From Candidatus Scatosoma sp. (GTDB lineage Bacteria > Bacillota > Clostridia > Christensenellales > Borkfalkiaceae): a stretch of 59,498 nt of DNA. Within the stretch, counting starts at the first letter, position 1; each line of letters opens with the position of its first letter. This document shows, piece after piece, positions 36,807-45,436 of this stretch. The translations under genes were made by a program, and so were the position numbers. The DNA lies in the NCBI GenBank assembly GCA_045652785.1, contig JAZOLF010000150.1, positions 1 to 59,498 of the forward strand. The letters run 5' to 3'. The notes below the pieces were generated by a model. It ran no database searches and was not told the DNA's origin. It worked only from the letters and a program-made list of their open reading frames with translations.

Positions 36807-38492
36807 TTAAGCGATATAGTCGCTCCAGTTGATTTGACCGTTATCAAAACCGCAGTAATGGATATACGCGTTGTCAATCGCGCCGTCATCGCCGAGTACC
36901 ATCACAGTACCGCCCATCAAAGGCGTCGTACCCGCAGGGTTGGGGCCGAAGACGTTTTCAATGTTGCCGTTTTCATAGATATAGTTATATCTATCATACT
37001 GGCTGGACTTTTGACCAAACTGGAATCGAACGCCATCGTACACAACACTTGCGCTGTTTTCGTGTTCGTGACCTACAAAAATCGAGTCAACCCCCAGCGC
37101 TTTCATTCCGTTATAAATATATCTGCTTTCGTCCCAAGCGCCTTTAAGTTTGTTACCCAAATACCCGAAGTCACCGTCCGCCTTGTCTGCCATCGTATCA
37201 ATGTTGATGTTGATGAAATCCGCATTCTGGTCGAAACCGTATTTTGCATAAGCATCCGCAAACACAGCCGTTTGGATATGGTACGCAAACGAGATTTTCG
37301 TCGCGGGGGATACTTCTTTCAAAATATTGATTTGCTTGGTGTACCAGTCGATTTGGTCTTGCTTGAAACCAACCGTTTTTACCGTATGACCGTTTGCCAA
37401 AGACGCCGCGCTTGCGTTACCGCAGCCGTTGCTATCGAGCATATAGAACACACGCGTCAACTTATCGCCTTGCGCAATACCTACGGAGTAGTTGCCGTTC
37501 CCCGTCAATTCCTTTTGGTCAAACAAGCAGTATTGCGCTTTTTCAAGTTGTTCGCATTGCCAGTCAACCCCCTTAGGGCTTTCATTGTCGTGGTTGCCGA
37601 AGATGGGCGCCCAAGGAATCTTATAACTGTCCATTTCGCTCACAAATCTGGTCCAAGAACTTCCATCCACGTCAAATTCACCGTAGATATTGTCGCCCGT
37701 TAAGATGATCAAGTCGGGGTTCGTTTCGGTAATTACTTCTTCCAAATACGTATAGCAGAAAGGATCTGCTTTCGCCGTCGCATAGAAAGCGTGGTCAATC
37801 CCTTCGCGGTCAGGGCGTTGCGTCGCGTCGATGATTTGGGTATCGGTGAGTTGCAAAATCACAGGTTCTTTGTCCGCAGGCAATTCCACCAAGAAGTCGG
37901 GAACGTTCAAGGGTGCGTAATCGATGGTGTCGATTTCCGCAATCGCTTGCGTGCCTTCCGCATCCGCAAAGTGATACGTACATTCGCCGCACGTCCAGTG
38001 TTCCTTAATACCGTTTTGTTTACCCACCGCAGGGGTAGCCGCTGTATGCGTCAAGGTATGGGGATCTTTCGCCACCACCAAATCCAACAATTCCACTTGT
38101 TGTTCGCATTCCGCGTCCGCAAACGTGTTATCACAAGCCGTACACGTCCAGTATTCATTGCGGCCAACGGTAAGACAAGTGGGCAAAACTTCTTCCGTTT
38201 TTACAGGAACGTGGGGGGTTTTTTTAACCACAGTATCTTCCAAAGACGCTTCGTTGTTTCCTTTGGAGTCCAAATAGATCTTATTGCATCCAGGGAATTC
38301 GCAATACCAGTAAGCAACCCGCCCTTCTTTCGTGCAGGTGGCTTCTCTGCGCGAGAGTTTCACCAAAGAATGATAGTGGTTGGGAACGGTACTTTCACCC
38401 CCGCCATTGTTGTTCGCACCGCAAGCCGTAAACAAACATACCGTCGATAAAACCGTCGTGAAGATACTTTTTTGCCAAGTTCTTTTCGCCAT
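36807..38492 (-). CDS. calcineurin-like metallophosphoesterase lipoprotein with three N-terminal Cys-repeat modules
   Basis: Lipobox LFTAC-GA after MAKRTWQKSIFTTVLSTVC (RBS AAGGAGAA). The 62 upstream codons in the ORF track overlap the promoter. Metallophosphoesterase motifs: LTGDNIYGE, IFGNHD, FVGHEHEN. Three repeats of (P/A)TC..G....W.C..C...F(A)D. Confidence 0.75.
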   Translation of the reverse strand: MAKRTWQKSIFTTVLSTVCLFTACGANNNGGGESTVPNHYHSLVKLSRREATCTKEGRVAYWYCEFPGCNKIYLDSKGNNEASLEDTVVKKTPHVPVKTEEVLPTCLTVGRNEYWTCTACDNTFADAECEQQVELLDLVVAKDPHTLTHTAATPAVGKQNGIKEHWTCGECTYHFADAEGTQAIAEIDTIDYAPLNVPDFLVELPADKEPVILQLTDTQIIDATQRPDREGIDHAFYATAKADPFCYTYLEEVITETNPDLIILTGDNIYGEFDVDGSSWTRFVSEMDSYKIPWAPIFGNHDNESPKGVDWQCEQLEKAQYCLFDQKELTGNGNYSVGIAQGDKLTRVFYMLDSNGCGNASAASLANGHTVKTVGFKQDQIDWYTKQINILKEVSPATKISFAYHIQTAVFADAYAKYGFDQNADFININIDTMADKADGDFGYLGNKLKGAWDESRYIYNGMKALGVDSIFVGHEHENSASVVYDGVRFQFGQKSSQYDRYNYIYENGNIENVFGPNPAGTTPLMGGTVMVLGDDGAIDNAYIHYCGFDNGQINWSDYIA

Positions 38493-38567
38493 TTTCTTTC
38501 TCCTTATTCCTAAGCACAGACAAAATGTCAACGCATAAAACGCGATAATTTTATCACGCACGAAAAT

Positions 38568-38596
38568 ATTATACATCACGCGCAGGGAATTGTCAA
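38568..38596 (-). promoter_or_regulatory. perfect consensus sigma-70 promoter (TTGACA, 17 nt, TATAAT) for the metallophosphoesterase gene
   Basis: Comp. 38591-38596 TTGACA, spacer attccctgcgcgtgatg, comp. 38568-38573 TATAAT. An imperfect palindrome cgcgataattttatcacg (38541-38558) lies in the predicted leader. Confidence 0.55.
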
Positions 38597-38755
38597 GAGT
38601 AAATTTTTTCTTTTTTTCGATATTTTTCATCATTTTTTGACAAAAAAATACCATTTTTGAGAAGTTTTTTTGGTTCAAAAGCCAAAATCTATACCGATCA
38701 AAAGTTGATTTTTCAACAATTCTTAGAAATGGCGCAGGAAATTGTGTGATTTTTA

Positions 38756-38784
38756 TTGATTTTTTTTTTAAAAAATGTTAAACT
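38756..38784 (+). promoter_or_regulatory. sigma-70-type promoter for the acyltransferase gene (-35 TTGATT, 17 nt, extended -10 TGtTAAACT)
   Basis: Read directly on the plus strand, 35 nt upstream of ATG 38819. RBS AAAGGA. Confidence 0.4.
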
Positions 38785-38818
38785 ATACGCATAACTCCAC
38801 AACAAAGGATAAAAAATT

Positions 38819-40141
38819 ATGGCAGAAAAACTGACAATCGCGAAAAAACTTTCTAAAAGAAAGTATCGCCCTTCCCCCCGCATTATTGCAGGCATTTACA
38901 AGTTCTTGATGGTGGACATCATCGGCAGAAAATACAAGCCGAAGTTCCACATCATCGACAGCCCGAAAGATTGCGACGGCCCTTGTTTTGTTATCTTCAA
39001 CCACCTTTCCCGTATCGACCATATGTACGTTTGCGGTGCAACCTATCCCCGCATACACAATATGATGGCGGGTTGCAGTGAATTCTACCGCAAGAAATTT
39101 AGTTTTATCTTCGGTTTGAACAAAGTTATCCCTAAAAAGAACTACTCGGCGGATAAACTTTCCATCCGCGCGGTAGGCGAAGTCATCCGCAAAGGCGGCT
39201 GCGTTTCTTTCGCCCCCGAAGGGCTCGCAAGTGATTACGGCGGAAACAAACCCATCGTTCCTGGTACAAGTAAAATGTTCAAACATTTTAAAACGCCCGT
39301 ATATCTTTGCTACTTGGAAGGTCAATACCTGCAAAACACGAAAGTTTGCTTGGACGAACGCTACGGCGAAACGCACGCAACGATGTCCCTGCTGTTCAGC
39401 AAGGAAGACGTTGAACGCCTGTCCGTAGAAGAGATGGACGACATCATCAACGAAAAGTTCAGACGCAACGAATACGCTTGGAACGCGGAAAAGAAAATCA
39501 AGTGGGAAACGCACGGCAGAATTTGCCACCGCTTGGAAGACTTCTGCTACAAGTGCCCCAAATGCGGAAAAGAGTTCACGATGAAAGGCGAAGGGGACAA
39601 AATTGTTTGTTCCGCTTGCGGCAACGGCGCGACGATGGACGATTATTATCAATTCCATCCCTTTGAAGACGCGGTTATCCCCGCATCGCCGTTTGACTGG
39701 GTAGAACAAGAACGCAAGGACATCATTCACGAAATCCGCGAAAACCCCGATTACTTCTTCGAAGACGAATGCCAAATCGGGAACTTGGACGAATACAAAC
39801 TCGTTCCTGGTAAAATGCAGACGAGTTTCATCGTCGGCGAAGGTAAAATCCGCATCGACCACAAGGGTATGCACTACAAAGGCACGCGCAACGGCGAACC
39901 TTTCGAGTTCACGATGGACTACAAAGCACTTTACACGTTGATTACGGAAGTTGATTCCAGTTATTTCAACTTCTATTACAAGGGTGAATACTTTGACGTC
40001 TTCCCCAAACACCAAACGGTTGGCAAATTCTGCCTGCTCGTAGAAGAAATGCACCGCTACCACGTGAACTTCTACAAGAATTTCAAGTGGAACGATCACC
40101 TGTACGAAGGTTTAGAACTCGGCATCGACATGAAAAAATAA
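38819..40141 (+). CDS. PlsC-family (lysophospholipid/1-acylglycerol-3-phosphate) acyltransferase with C-terminal extension containing a CxxC..CxxC ribbon
   Basis: HX4D motif NHLSRID and block III FAPEG. CYKCPKCG...CSACGNG. This is the only plus-strand gene in the window. Confidence 0.8.
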   Translation: MAEKLTIAKKLSKRKYRPSPRIIAGIYKFLMVDIIGRKYKPKFHIIDSPKDCDGPCFVIFNHLSRIDHMYVCGATYPRIHNMMAGCSEFYRKKFSFIFGLNKVIPKKNYSADKLSIRAVGEVIRKGGCVSFAPEGLASDYGGNKPIVPGTSKMFKHFKTPVYLCYLEGQYLQNTKVCLDERYGETHATMSLLFSKEDVERLSVEEMDDIINEKFRRNEYAWNAEKKIKWETHGRICHRLEDFCYKCPKCGKEFTMKGEGDKIVCSACGNGATMDDYYQFHPFEDAVIPASPFDWVEQERKDIIHEIRENPDYFFEDECQIGNLDEYKLVPGKMQTSFIVGEGKIRIDHKGMHYKGTRNGEPFEFTMDYKALYTLITEVDSSYFNFYYKGEYFDVFPKHQTVGKFCLLVEEMHRYHVNFYKNFKWNDHLYEGLELGIDMKK

Positions 40142-40155
40142 GCGATTTTCGCAAC

Positions 40156-40188
40156 AAAAAACTCCCCTTTTTGGGGAGTTTATTTTTT
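40156..40188. terminator. bidirectional rho-independent terminator shared by the convergent acyltransferase and DUF262 genes
   Basis: aactcccc-ttttt-ggggagtt (40160-40180), with an A-run before it and TATTTTTT after it. Confidence 0.7.
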
Positions 40189-40211
40189 AACTGAAATATG
40201 TATATCTTCTA

Positions 40212-41942
40212 TTATTTTAACAAATCACACAACTTGTCAATCATCAGTTTACGACGTTTTTCATAAAACGTTTCAAACGCTGCTATATCTTTTAATTGAT
40301 ACAACGCTTTGCGCTTTTCGGAATCCGCTTCACTTGTAAACGGATCGAAAGGAATATGGTTTTCCTTCTCAACCACCCATTCGTACAAAGAATCCGCCTT
40401 CTTATCTCCGCGATTTTGCGCATAGTCCAGCAACTGCAAATTCGGCAACCCGTTTTTGATAGAATCAACGCGACTCTTCTCGCCTGTTTTTTTGTAACGC
40501 GTAAAGCCTTTCAGTTGCTTTTTTGAACATACGTGATCAATGTCCAAGTAGTCCCCCATCGCTTTTAAACGAACACCTGGCTGCAACAAACACAACAAAA
40601 TGTAAGCCTTTTTATTCCCGTAGTAGGTGGTGTCAACCAACTTCACAATTTCATCTCTTTCAATTTTGAAAGCGTTTATTCTACCTGCAGACAAGTCAAT
40701 ATTGAACAAACTTTTTAAGGTAAACGGTAGTTTTAATTCCCCCAGTCTTCCATATTTGCACATCGCCTTTCTTACCGCGTCCAACGCGCCAGCGCTGCTA
40801 CCGCCAAACAGCCCGAACAACTGCGAAACCACAAAAAATTTAAACAATTCTTTGCGTGCAGTATCGCCAATATCCGCCCCGCCGAAATGATAAAAATAAT
40901 AAATAATCGGCATAATCGAATTATACGACAGGATAACATTATGCGATATATTCAGGTCTTTCAAAAAGTTTTTCGTCGCCGTAACCGCCGCTTTGATTTT
41001 CGTCCAGTTGTTTTTTATACTCAAAATCACGGCTGTTGTAAGCGTTTCAATTTTAACCGCCGAAGGCTGGTTCATAAGATATGCACAGGTACGGATTAAA
41101 AAATCTTCTTTTAGATGTAAAACGTCTTCCTTGTTGATGCTTGAGATAAACTCATCCATCTCTTCGCGCCCTTCTTCCCACGAAGTAATAACCGTTGAAA
41201 ACAACAAATTAGCAGGCGACAATTTCGTGCCACCATTGTTAATACGTTTGAAAATTTCTAAAACATCTACAATATCCGTGTTTTCGATAACGTGATAATT
41301 GATAATTTCGTCGTCATTTAACCGTTGGCGCAAAATCGCCAAAGGTTTACACCATGATTCATCCGTCCAAGTTTCTTCAAAATCTTCTTCCGTCATACCA
41401 TAAAAGTCTGCAACGTGATAATATTGCTCCTTTTCCGAATGCTGGTCATTCCAACTTTTGACAGAGTCTTTATCCAAAAACTCAAAAGCAAACTCCTCAT
41501 CGTCATCGCCGCGCAAATCGGGCGCGATATAAGGCCGAATATACAGTTTCTTTTTCTTCCAGTTTTCTGCAACTCTCTTCTTTTTATTCTTTCCGATAGT
41601 TTCCAAACTGCCCATTACGCCGATATACAAGGCCGTTAAACGCTGTTGCCCGTCCATTACCAAATCAATCGTGCTTTTTCCACTCACCCCTGCCTGCACA
41701 TTGATCGATTGATCTCTTGCGGAATAATTTTTGATAAACTCATAGAATTGATACTTTTTGATTTCTTTACGATCTTTTATCTTCCAAAAAACCATCATCC
41801 CAAAGGGGTACCCTTTCATAATAGAGTCAAACAGTTGGAGAATCTGCGCCTCACTCCAAACGAATTTTCTCTGCATTGCAGGCAACAAAATATTTTTACT
41901 TTCTATGTTGTCCAAAATATCGTTTATCGTTTTATTTGCCAT
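40212..41942 (-). CDS. GmrSD-like type IV (modification-dependent) restriction endonuclease, DUF262 + DUF1524 architecture
   Basis: N-terminal DUF262 marks (LPAMQRKFVW, MDGQQRLTALYIG). C-terminal His-Me finger-like DIDHVCSKK...LPNLQLLDYAQNRGDKKADSL. Start placed at MANKT (RBS AAGGAG overlapping the nitroreductase stop). Visibly AT-richer than its neighbours. Confidence 0.8.
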   Translation of the reverse strand: MANKTINDILDNIESKNILLPAMQRKFVWSEAQILQLFDSIMKGYPFGMMVFWKIKDRKEIKKYQFYEFIKNYSARDQSINVQAGVSGKSTIDLVMDGQQRLTALYIGVMGSLETIGKNKKKRVAENWKKKKLYIRPYIAPDLRGDDDEEFAFEFLDKDSVKSWNDQHSEKEQYYHVADFYGMTEEDFEETWTDESWCKPLAILRQRLNDDEIINYHVIENTDIVDVLEIFKRINNGGTKLSPANLLFSTVITSWEEGREEMDEFISSINKEDVLHLKEDFLIRTCAYLMNQPSAVKIETLTTAVILSIKNNWTKIKAAVTATKNFLKDLNISHNVILSYNSIMPIIYYFYHFGGADIGDTARKELFKFFVVSQLFGLFGGSSAGALDAVRKAMCKYGRLGELKLPFTLKSLFNIDLSAGRINAFKIERDEIVKLVDTTYYGNKKAYILLCLLQPGVRLKAMGDYLDIDHVCSKKQLKGFTRYKKTGEKSRVDSIKNGLPNLQLLDYAQNRGDKKADSLYEWVVEKENHIPFDPFTSEADSEKRKALYQLKDIAAFETFYEKRRKLMIDKLCDLLK

Positions 41943-41952
41943 TTTTAACTCC

Positions 41953-42483
41953 TTATTCCACAACTTTTACGAGTTCGTTTATTTGCTTGCGCTTTTTTTC
42001 GCGGAGTGTATCCCCATCTTTGGCATAGCCAACGGTGATTACCAAACGCACAGCCCCGTCCAAACCGCATACTTCGCGGATTTTTTTATCGTCCAGCCAG
42101 CCGAGAATACACGTTCCAAGCCCCTGCGCCGTCGCTTCCGCCGTGATATACGCTGCAACAATCCCGATATCAATGGAGCGATAATCATTCTTTTTTAGTT
42201 TTGCGCCAAACGCCGCCGTTGCAACGTACGGTTTTTCAGACAGAACCAACATCACAGGCGCGTCCACCGCAAACTTATTCATGCCCATTCCTTGCGTTGC
42301 TTTCGCCACGAGTTTTGCGCTCCCGCCTTTACAAACGGTGATTTGGTAGGGTTGACCGTTGCACGCCGAAGGCGCAAGTTGCGCCGCAGACAAAACCGCA
42401 TCGAGTTTTTCCTGCTCCACCGCCCGATCCGCATCGTATTTACGGCAGGATTGCCGTGTTTTCGCAATTTCCAAAAAGTCCAT
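41953..42483 (-). CDS. nitroreductase-family protein
   Basis: RQSCRKY motif near the N-terminus and LAPSACNGQP. 176 aa. Confidence 0.85.
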   Translation of the reverse strand: MDFLEIAKTRQSCRKYDADRAVEQEKLDAVLSAAQLAPSACNGQPYQITVCKGGSAKLVAKATQGMGMNKFAVDAPVMLVLSEKPYVATAAFGAKLKKNDYRSIDIGIVAAYITAEATAQGLGTCILGWLDDKKIREVCGLDGAVRLVITVGYAKDGDTLREKKRKQINELVKVVE

Positions 42484-42501
42484 ATTTCACCCTGCCCCGC
42501 C

Positions 42502-43107
42502 TTAATATCCCAAAGGCTCTTTAACCAAGATTATTTCGTATTCGCAGCCCGTCGGTTTCTTCCAAAACACGGACAGGTTTCGGCAAATGCGCTGTTCGCT
42601 GTTGCAATCATAGCAACGATCCCCTTTGACCGCGCACGGAGTTTTTCTTCCCAGCCGTTGTGCATTCAAAGGTGCGGCAATATTTCTTGCCCGATCTATC
42701 GCGGCTTGCAGGTTGGGGGCAAGTTTATTTTCCCCGACCACAAAGTACACCTTTTCGCAACCGAACGTCGCCGCCGCCACGCGGTTGCCCGTGTTATCAA
42801 TATTGACGATTTCGCCCTGCTCGGAAAGCCCGTTCACGGACGATATATATACCCGCGCTCTGGTCGCATCCAAGCGGGTTTGCAATACGTCCTGCCCCGC
42901 CTGCATACGAAGATGCCAAAGGACGGTATTGTTTTCCTGCAAACGCTCATACAGCCCCATTTGCGCCACCGTGACCGAACCGCCGATCCCGACGGTTTTG
43001 CCTTGAATGGCAGACGCCAAATACGCCGTTGCGTCTTCCTTACACGCAAACGTCTTAACCGTATAGCCAAGCGCTATCAAATTTTTCTCTACCGTTGAAA
43101 AGCCCAT
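42502..43107 (-). CDS. LUD-domain (lactate-utilisation LutB/C-like, YkgG-type) protein with C-terminal Cys cluster
   Basis: MGFSTVEKNLIALGYTVKTFACKEDATAYL... and GGSVTVAQMGL...NIDNTGNRV are typical of the LUD fold as I recall it. C-terminal CAVKGDRCYDCNSEQRIC. Start chosen at Met11 of the ORF-track protein (RBS GGTGAT); 43137 is the alternative. Confidence 0.65.
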   Translation of the reverse strand: MGFSTVEKNLIALGYTVKTFACKEDATAYLASAIQGKTVGIGGSVTVAQMGLYERLQENNTVLWHLRMQAGQDVLQTRLDATRARVYISSVNGLSEQGEIVNIDNTGNRVAAATFGCEKVYFVVGENKLAPNLQAAIDRARNIAAPLNAQRLGRKTPCAVKGDRCYDCNSEQRICRNLSVFWKKPTGCEYEIILVKEPLGY

Positions 43108-43188
43108 TTTATCACCATTTTTTGCCCATATTCGCACCTAAAAACACAAAAATCCTATACCATGTACGCGTTGAATGCGAATTTTAGT

Positions 43189-43659
43189 TTAACATCCTTC
43201 CGTTTTTATAGCGATCGTAAACAGCAAATTTTCCAGTTCGATTTCTTCCCCGCTGACAGGATCGACAATTTTATGCGTGTCAATCGTATGGTTCATCGCC
43301 GCAAGTTGGTGGGAATCTGCCAAGTGATAATCGTCCAAAAACAAGATAAACTCTTTTTTATTTTGGTACTCTTTTAAGAAATCAAAAATCAACTGTTTTG
43401 CGATCGCCACAGGATTTTCCGCCTTTTTCGGGCGCAAAATACCAAATGCGTCTTCTTCGTAAATGGTATCCACCGATTTGCGAAGGTCGTATGCTACCAA
43501 CAGAACGCCCTTTTCTTCCGCCCACGATTTCACGATAGAAGTTTTCCCGCTGCCCGAAAGCCCAGAAATCAAAATATTTTCCCATTTTTTGACCTGCATA
43601 TCGCGGGCGCAAGTCGCCAAATCATAAAGATAATCTAAGTTTGTTGTAATTTTATTCAT
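43189..43659 (-). CDS. minimal (156-aa) AAA/AAA_5-like P-loop ATPase core without lid domain
   Basis: Walker A GLSGSGKTS and Walker B ILFLDDYH, followed by a sensor-like NLLFTIAIKT. The protein ends straight after the alpha/beta core. Confidence 0.6.
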   Translation of the reverse strand: MNKITTNLDYLYDLATCARDMQVKKWENILISGLSGSGKTSIVKSWAEEKGVLLVAYDLRKSVDTIYEEDAFGILRPKKAENPVAIAKQLIFDFLKEYQNKKEFILFLDDYHLADSHQLAAMNHTIDTHKIVDPVSGEEIELENLLFTIAIKTEGC

Positions 43660-43677
43660 ACTTTTATATACTCCGTA

Positions 43678-45288
43678 TTAGGTTGCGCTGGTGGTAATCA
43701 TCTGGCTATACGAGCCGCAACCCGCCACTCTGTTGGCAGGGTTTTGACCCATGTAATAGTCCAAAATTTCCGCATCAAGTTCTTCAATTCTATCAATCTT
43801 ACCATTCACGTAGTCTTCGATTTTTTCCCTGCAAACCCCAAGCCTATGGATCAAGCCCCCAAGACGAGCGTCTTGCACTTCAAACCCAAAGGGTTTACAT
43901 TCATTCATCCACAGCGTTTGGAAGGATTTATAGAACTCTTTTGCCGTCTTTTCGGCTTTTTTATACGTTCCGATCAGCGCCTTCAAGCCGTCCATATCCT
44001 TTTCCTTGTAACACTTTCTCGTCTTTAAACCCAACGCGTACTTATAGGAAAGACACTTGCAGAGTTTCGATTCGCTTTCATACAAATAGGAAAGCGGAGT
44101 TTTCTTCGACGCGTATCTGCCCAGCGTCTTTGCGTGTTTTGCGTATTCTTCTTCTACTCCATCCAAGCAAGTGGTATCGAAGACACCCAAGAACGGATCG
44201 TTATACAGCATCGTTTTGCACGGGTTGCGCGTCGTCATACTGTTGCCGCCGATCATATTCGGCAAATCCAAATCCAGCATATTATCGAAACTTTCGCCCG
44301 TGAGTTCAAAAAACTTTTTCTTAATCAAACGCTTATCGCGCACGCCGTCGTAATATTGTTTGAGATAGAACAAGGACGGCAAAACCGCAAACGGCGAACA
44401 TTCTCTACCGTTATCCCCCCATGACGTAAGAAAAACGTTTTTCAGCCCTGCTTTATTGCAAGCCGCCATCGCCTTTTCCATATTCATAATGGAATAGCGG
44501 TTAAACGGCGCAAAGCCTGCCCAAGTCCAAACCCCGCCCGCGAACCACAAATCGCGTCCAAACTCCTGATGGGCGGCAATCATTTCTTTATAATGCTTAA
44601 AATCGGAACTATAATAATCCCAGTAAATCAACGAAACCCCTTCAGGCACGGAGTCCAAAGCCGCTTTATCTAAGCCATTATCAGGTACTTTATACGGGCC
44701 GCCCGTCGCCAAGCGGAAAAACATATCCGACCACATCATCGGGTTAAAACCGTACTTTTTCGCAATTTCAAGCACCTTTTCCAGATGTTCACGGATAATA
44801 TCGTACCCCTTGCGGTAGCCGTTGCGTTTCAAATAGTTCCCACAGCCGAGCAAGAACGCTTCGTCCATACCGATATTGATTTTACGGGAAGTAAAGCATT
44901 CCGCCGCCGTCTTGAACATTTTATCAATGAGCGCATAAGTGCGTTCATCCCCGACGAGCAATACGTCGCGGACGTCGTGAATCACGCCGTATTCATGCCA
45001 ACGGAAAATTTGGTTTAAGTGCGCAAGCGTTTGGATACAGGGGATTAACTCTACCCCTTTCGATTGACAGTATCTGTCGATTTCTTTCAACTCCGCATAC
45101 GTATATCTACCACGCAAATACCCAAAGCGGGGCTCCCCTTCTATTTCATAGGTATCTTCGGTATAAAGTTGCAAACTATTATATCCAAACAACGCCAAAT
45201 AATCCACGTATTTTTTCAAACAATCAACACTCATCACACCGTTACGCGACATATCCAGCATAACGCCAAAACTTCCATCTTGTAGCAT
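43678..45288 (-). CDS. GH20-family beta-N-acetylhexosaminidase-like glycosidase (cytoplasmic)
   Basis: MLDMSRNGV...LQLYTEDTY...RYCQSKGVELIPCIQTLAH and the Asp-Glu pair in INIGMDEAF match the GH20 catalytic-domain pattern. No signal peptide. Confidence 0.65.
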   Translation of the reverse strand: MLQDGSFGVMLDMSRNGVMSVDCLKKYVDYLALFGYNSLQLYTEDTYEIEGEPRFGYLRGRYTYAELKEIDRYCQSKGVELIPCIQTLAHLNQIFRWHEYGVIHDVRDVLLVGDERTYALIDKMFKTAAECFTSRKINIGMDEAFLLGCGNYLKRNGYRKGYDIIREHLEKVLEIAKKYGFNPMMWSDMFFRLATGGPYKVPDNGLDKAALDSVPEGVSLIYWDYYSSDFKHYKEMIAAHQEFGRDLWFAGGVWTWAGFAPFNRYSIMNMEKAMAACNKAGLKNVFLTSWGDNGRECSPFAVLPSLFYLKQYYDGVRDKRLIKKKFFELTGESFDNMLDLDLPNMIGGNSMTTRNPCKTMLYNDPFLGVFDTTCLDGVEEEYAKHAKTLGRYASKKTPLSYLYESESKLCKCLSYKYALGLKTRKCYKEKDMDGLKALIGTYKKAEKTAKEFYKSFQTLWMNECKPFGFEVQDARLGGLIHRLGVCREKIEDYVNGKIDRIEELDAEILDYYMGQNPANRVAGCGSYSQMITTSAT

Positions 45289-45319
45289 ATTTTTGCTCCT
45301 TTTTTTGGTCTACGTAGGT

Positions 45320-45348
45320 ATTTTAACACATCCCCTTTTGAAATTCAA
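45320..45348 (-). promoter_or_regulatory. sigma-70-type promoter for the GH20 gene string (-35 TTGAAT, 17 nt, extended -10 TGtTAAAAT)
   Basis: Comp. 45343-45348 TTGAAT and comp. 45320-45325 TAAAAT. RBS AAAGGAG lies before ATG 45288. Confidence 0.45.
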
Positions 45349-45360
45349 GTACTTTCCAAA

Positions 45361-45394
45361 AATTAAAATAGGCGATAGAGTGTTTTCTACCGCC
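45361..45394 (-). terminator. terminator after the MATE fusion gene
   Basis: 9-bp stem (ggcggtaga / tctatcgcc on the minus strand, with one G-U pair), followed by TATTTTAATT. Confidence 0.5.
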
Positions 45395-45436
45395 TTTTTA
45401 TACGATTTTTAACAGCGGAATACTCCCCGCCAAAGA

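Noticed and set aside
38783-40099. 438-aa minus-strand ORF covering almost the whole acyltransferase gene.
   Set aside because: The plus-strand product carries the HX4D and FAPEG acyltransferase motifs, a good RBS and a promoter. The minus-strand product is V/F/R-rich with no motifs and is the mirror-frame shadow.
40142-43700. Treating the GmrSD / nitroreductase / LUD / AAA stretch as a mobile genomic island or prophage remnant.
   Set aside because: There is no integrase, transposase, tRNA target or flanking direct repeat. Only the GmrSD-like gene shows deviant composition. The other genes look native and share the upstream promoter.
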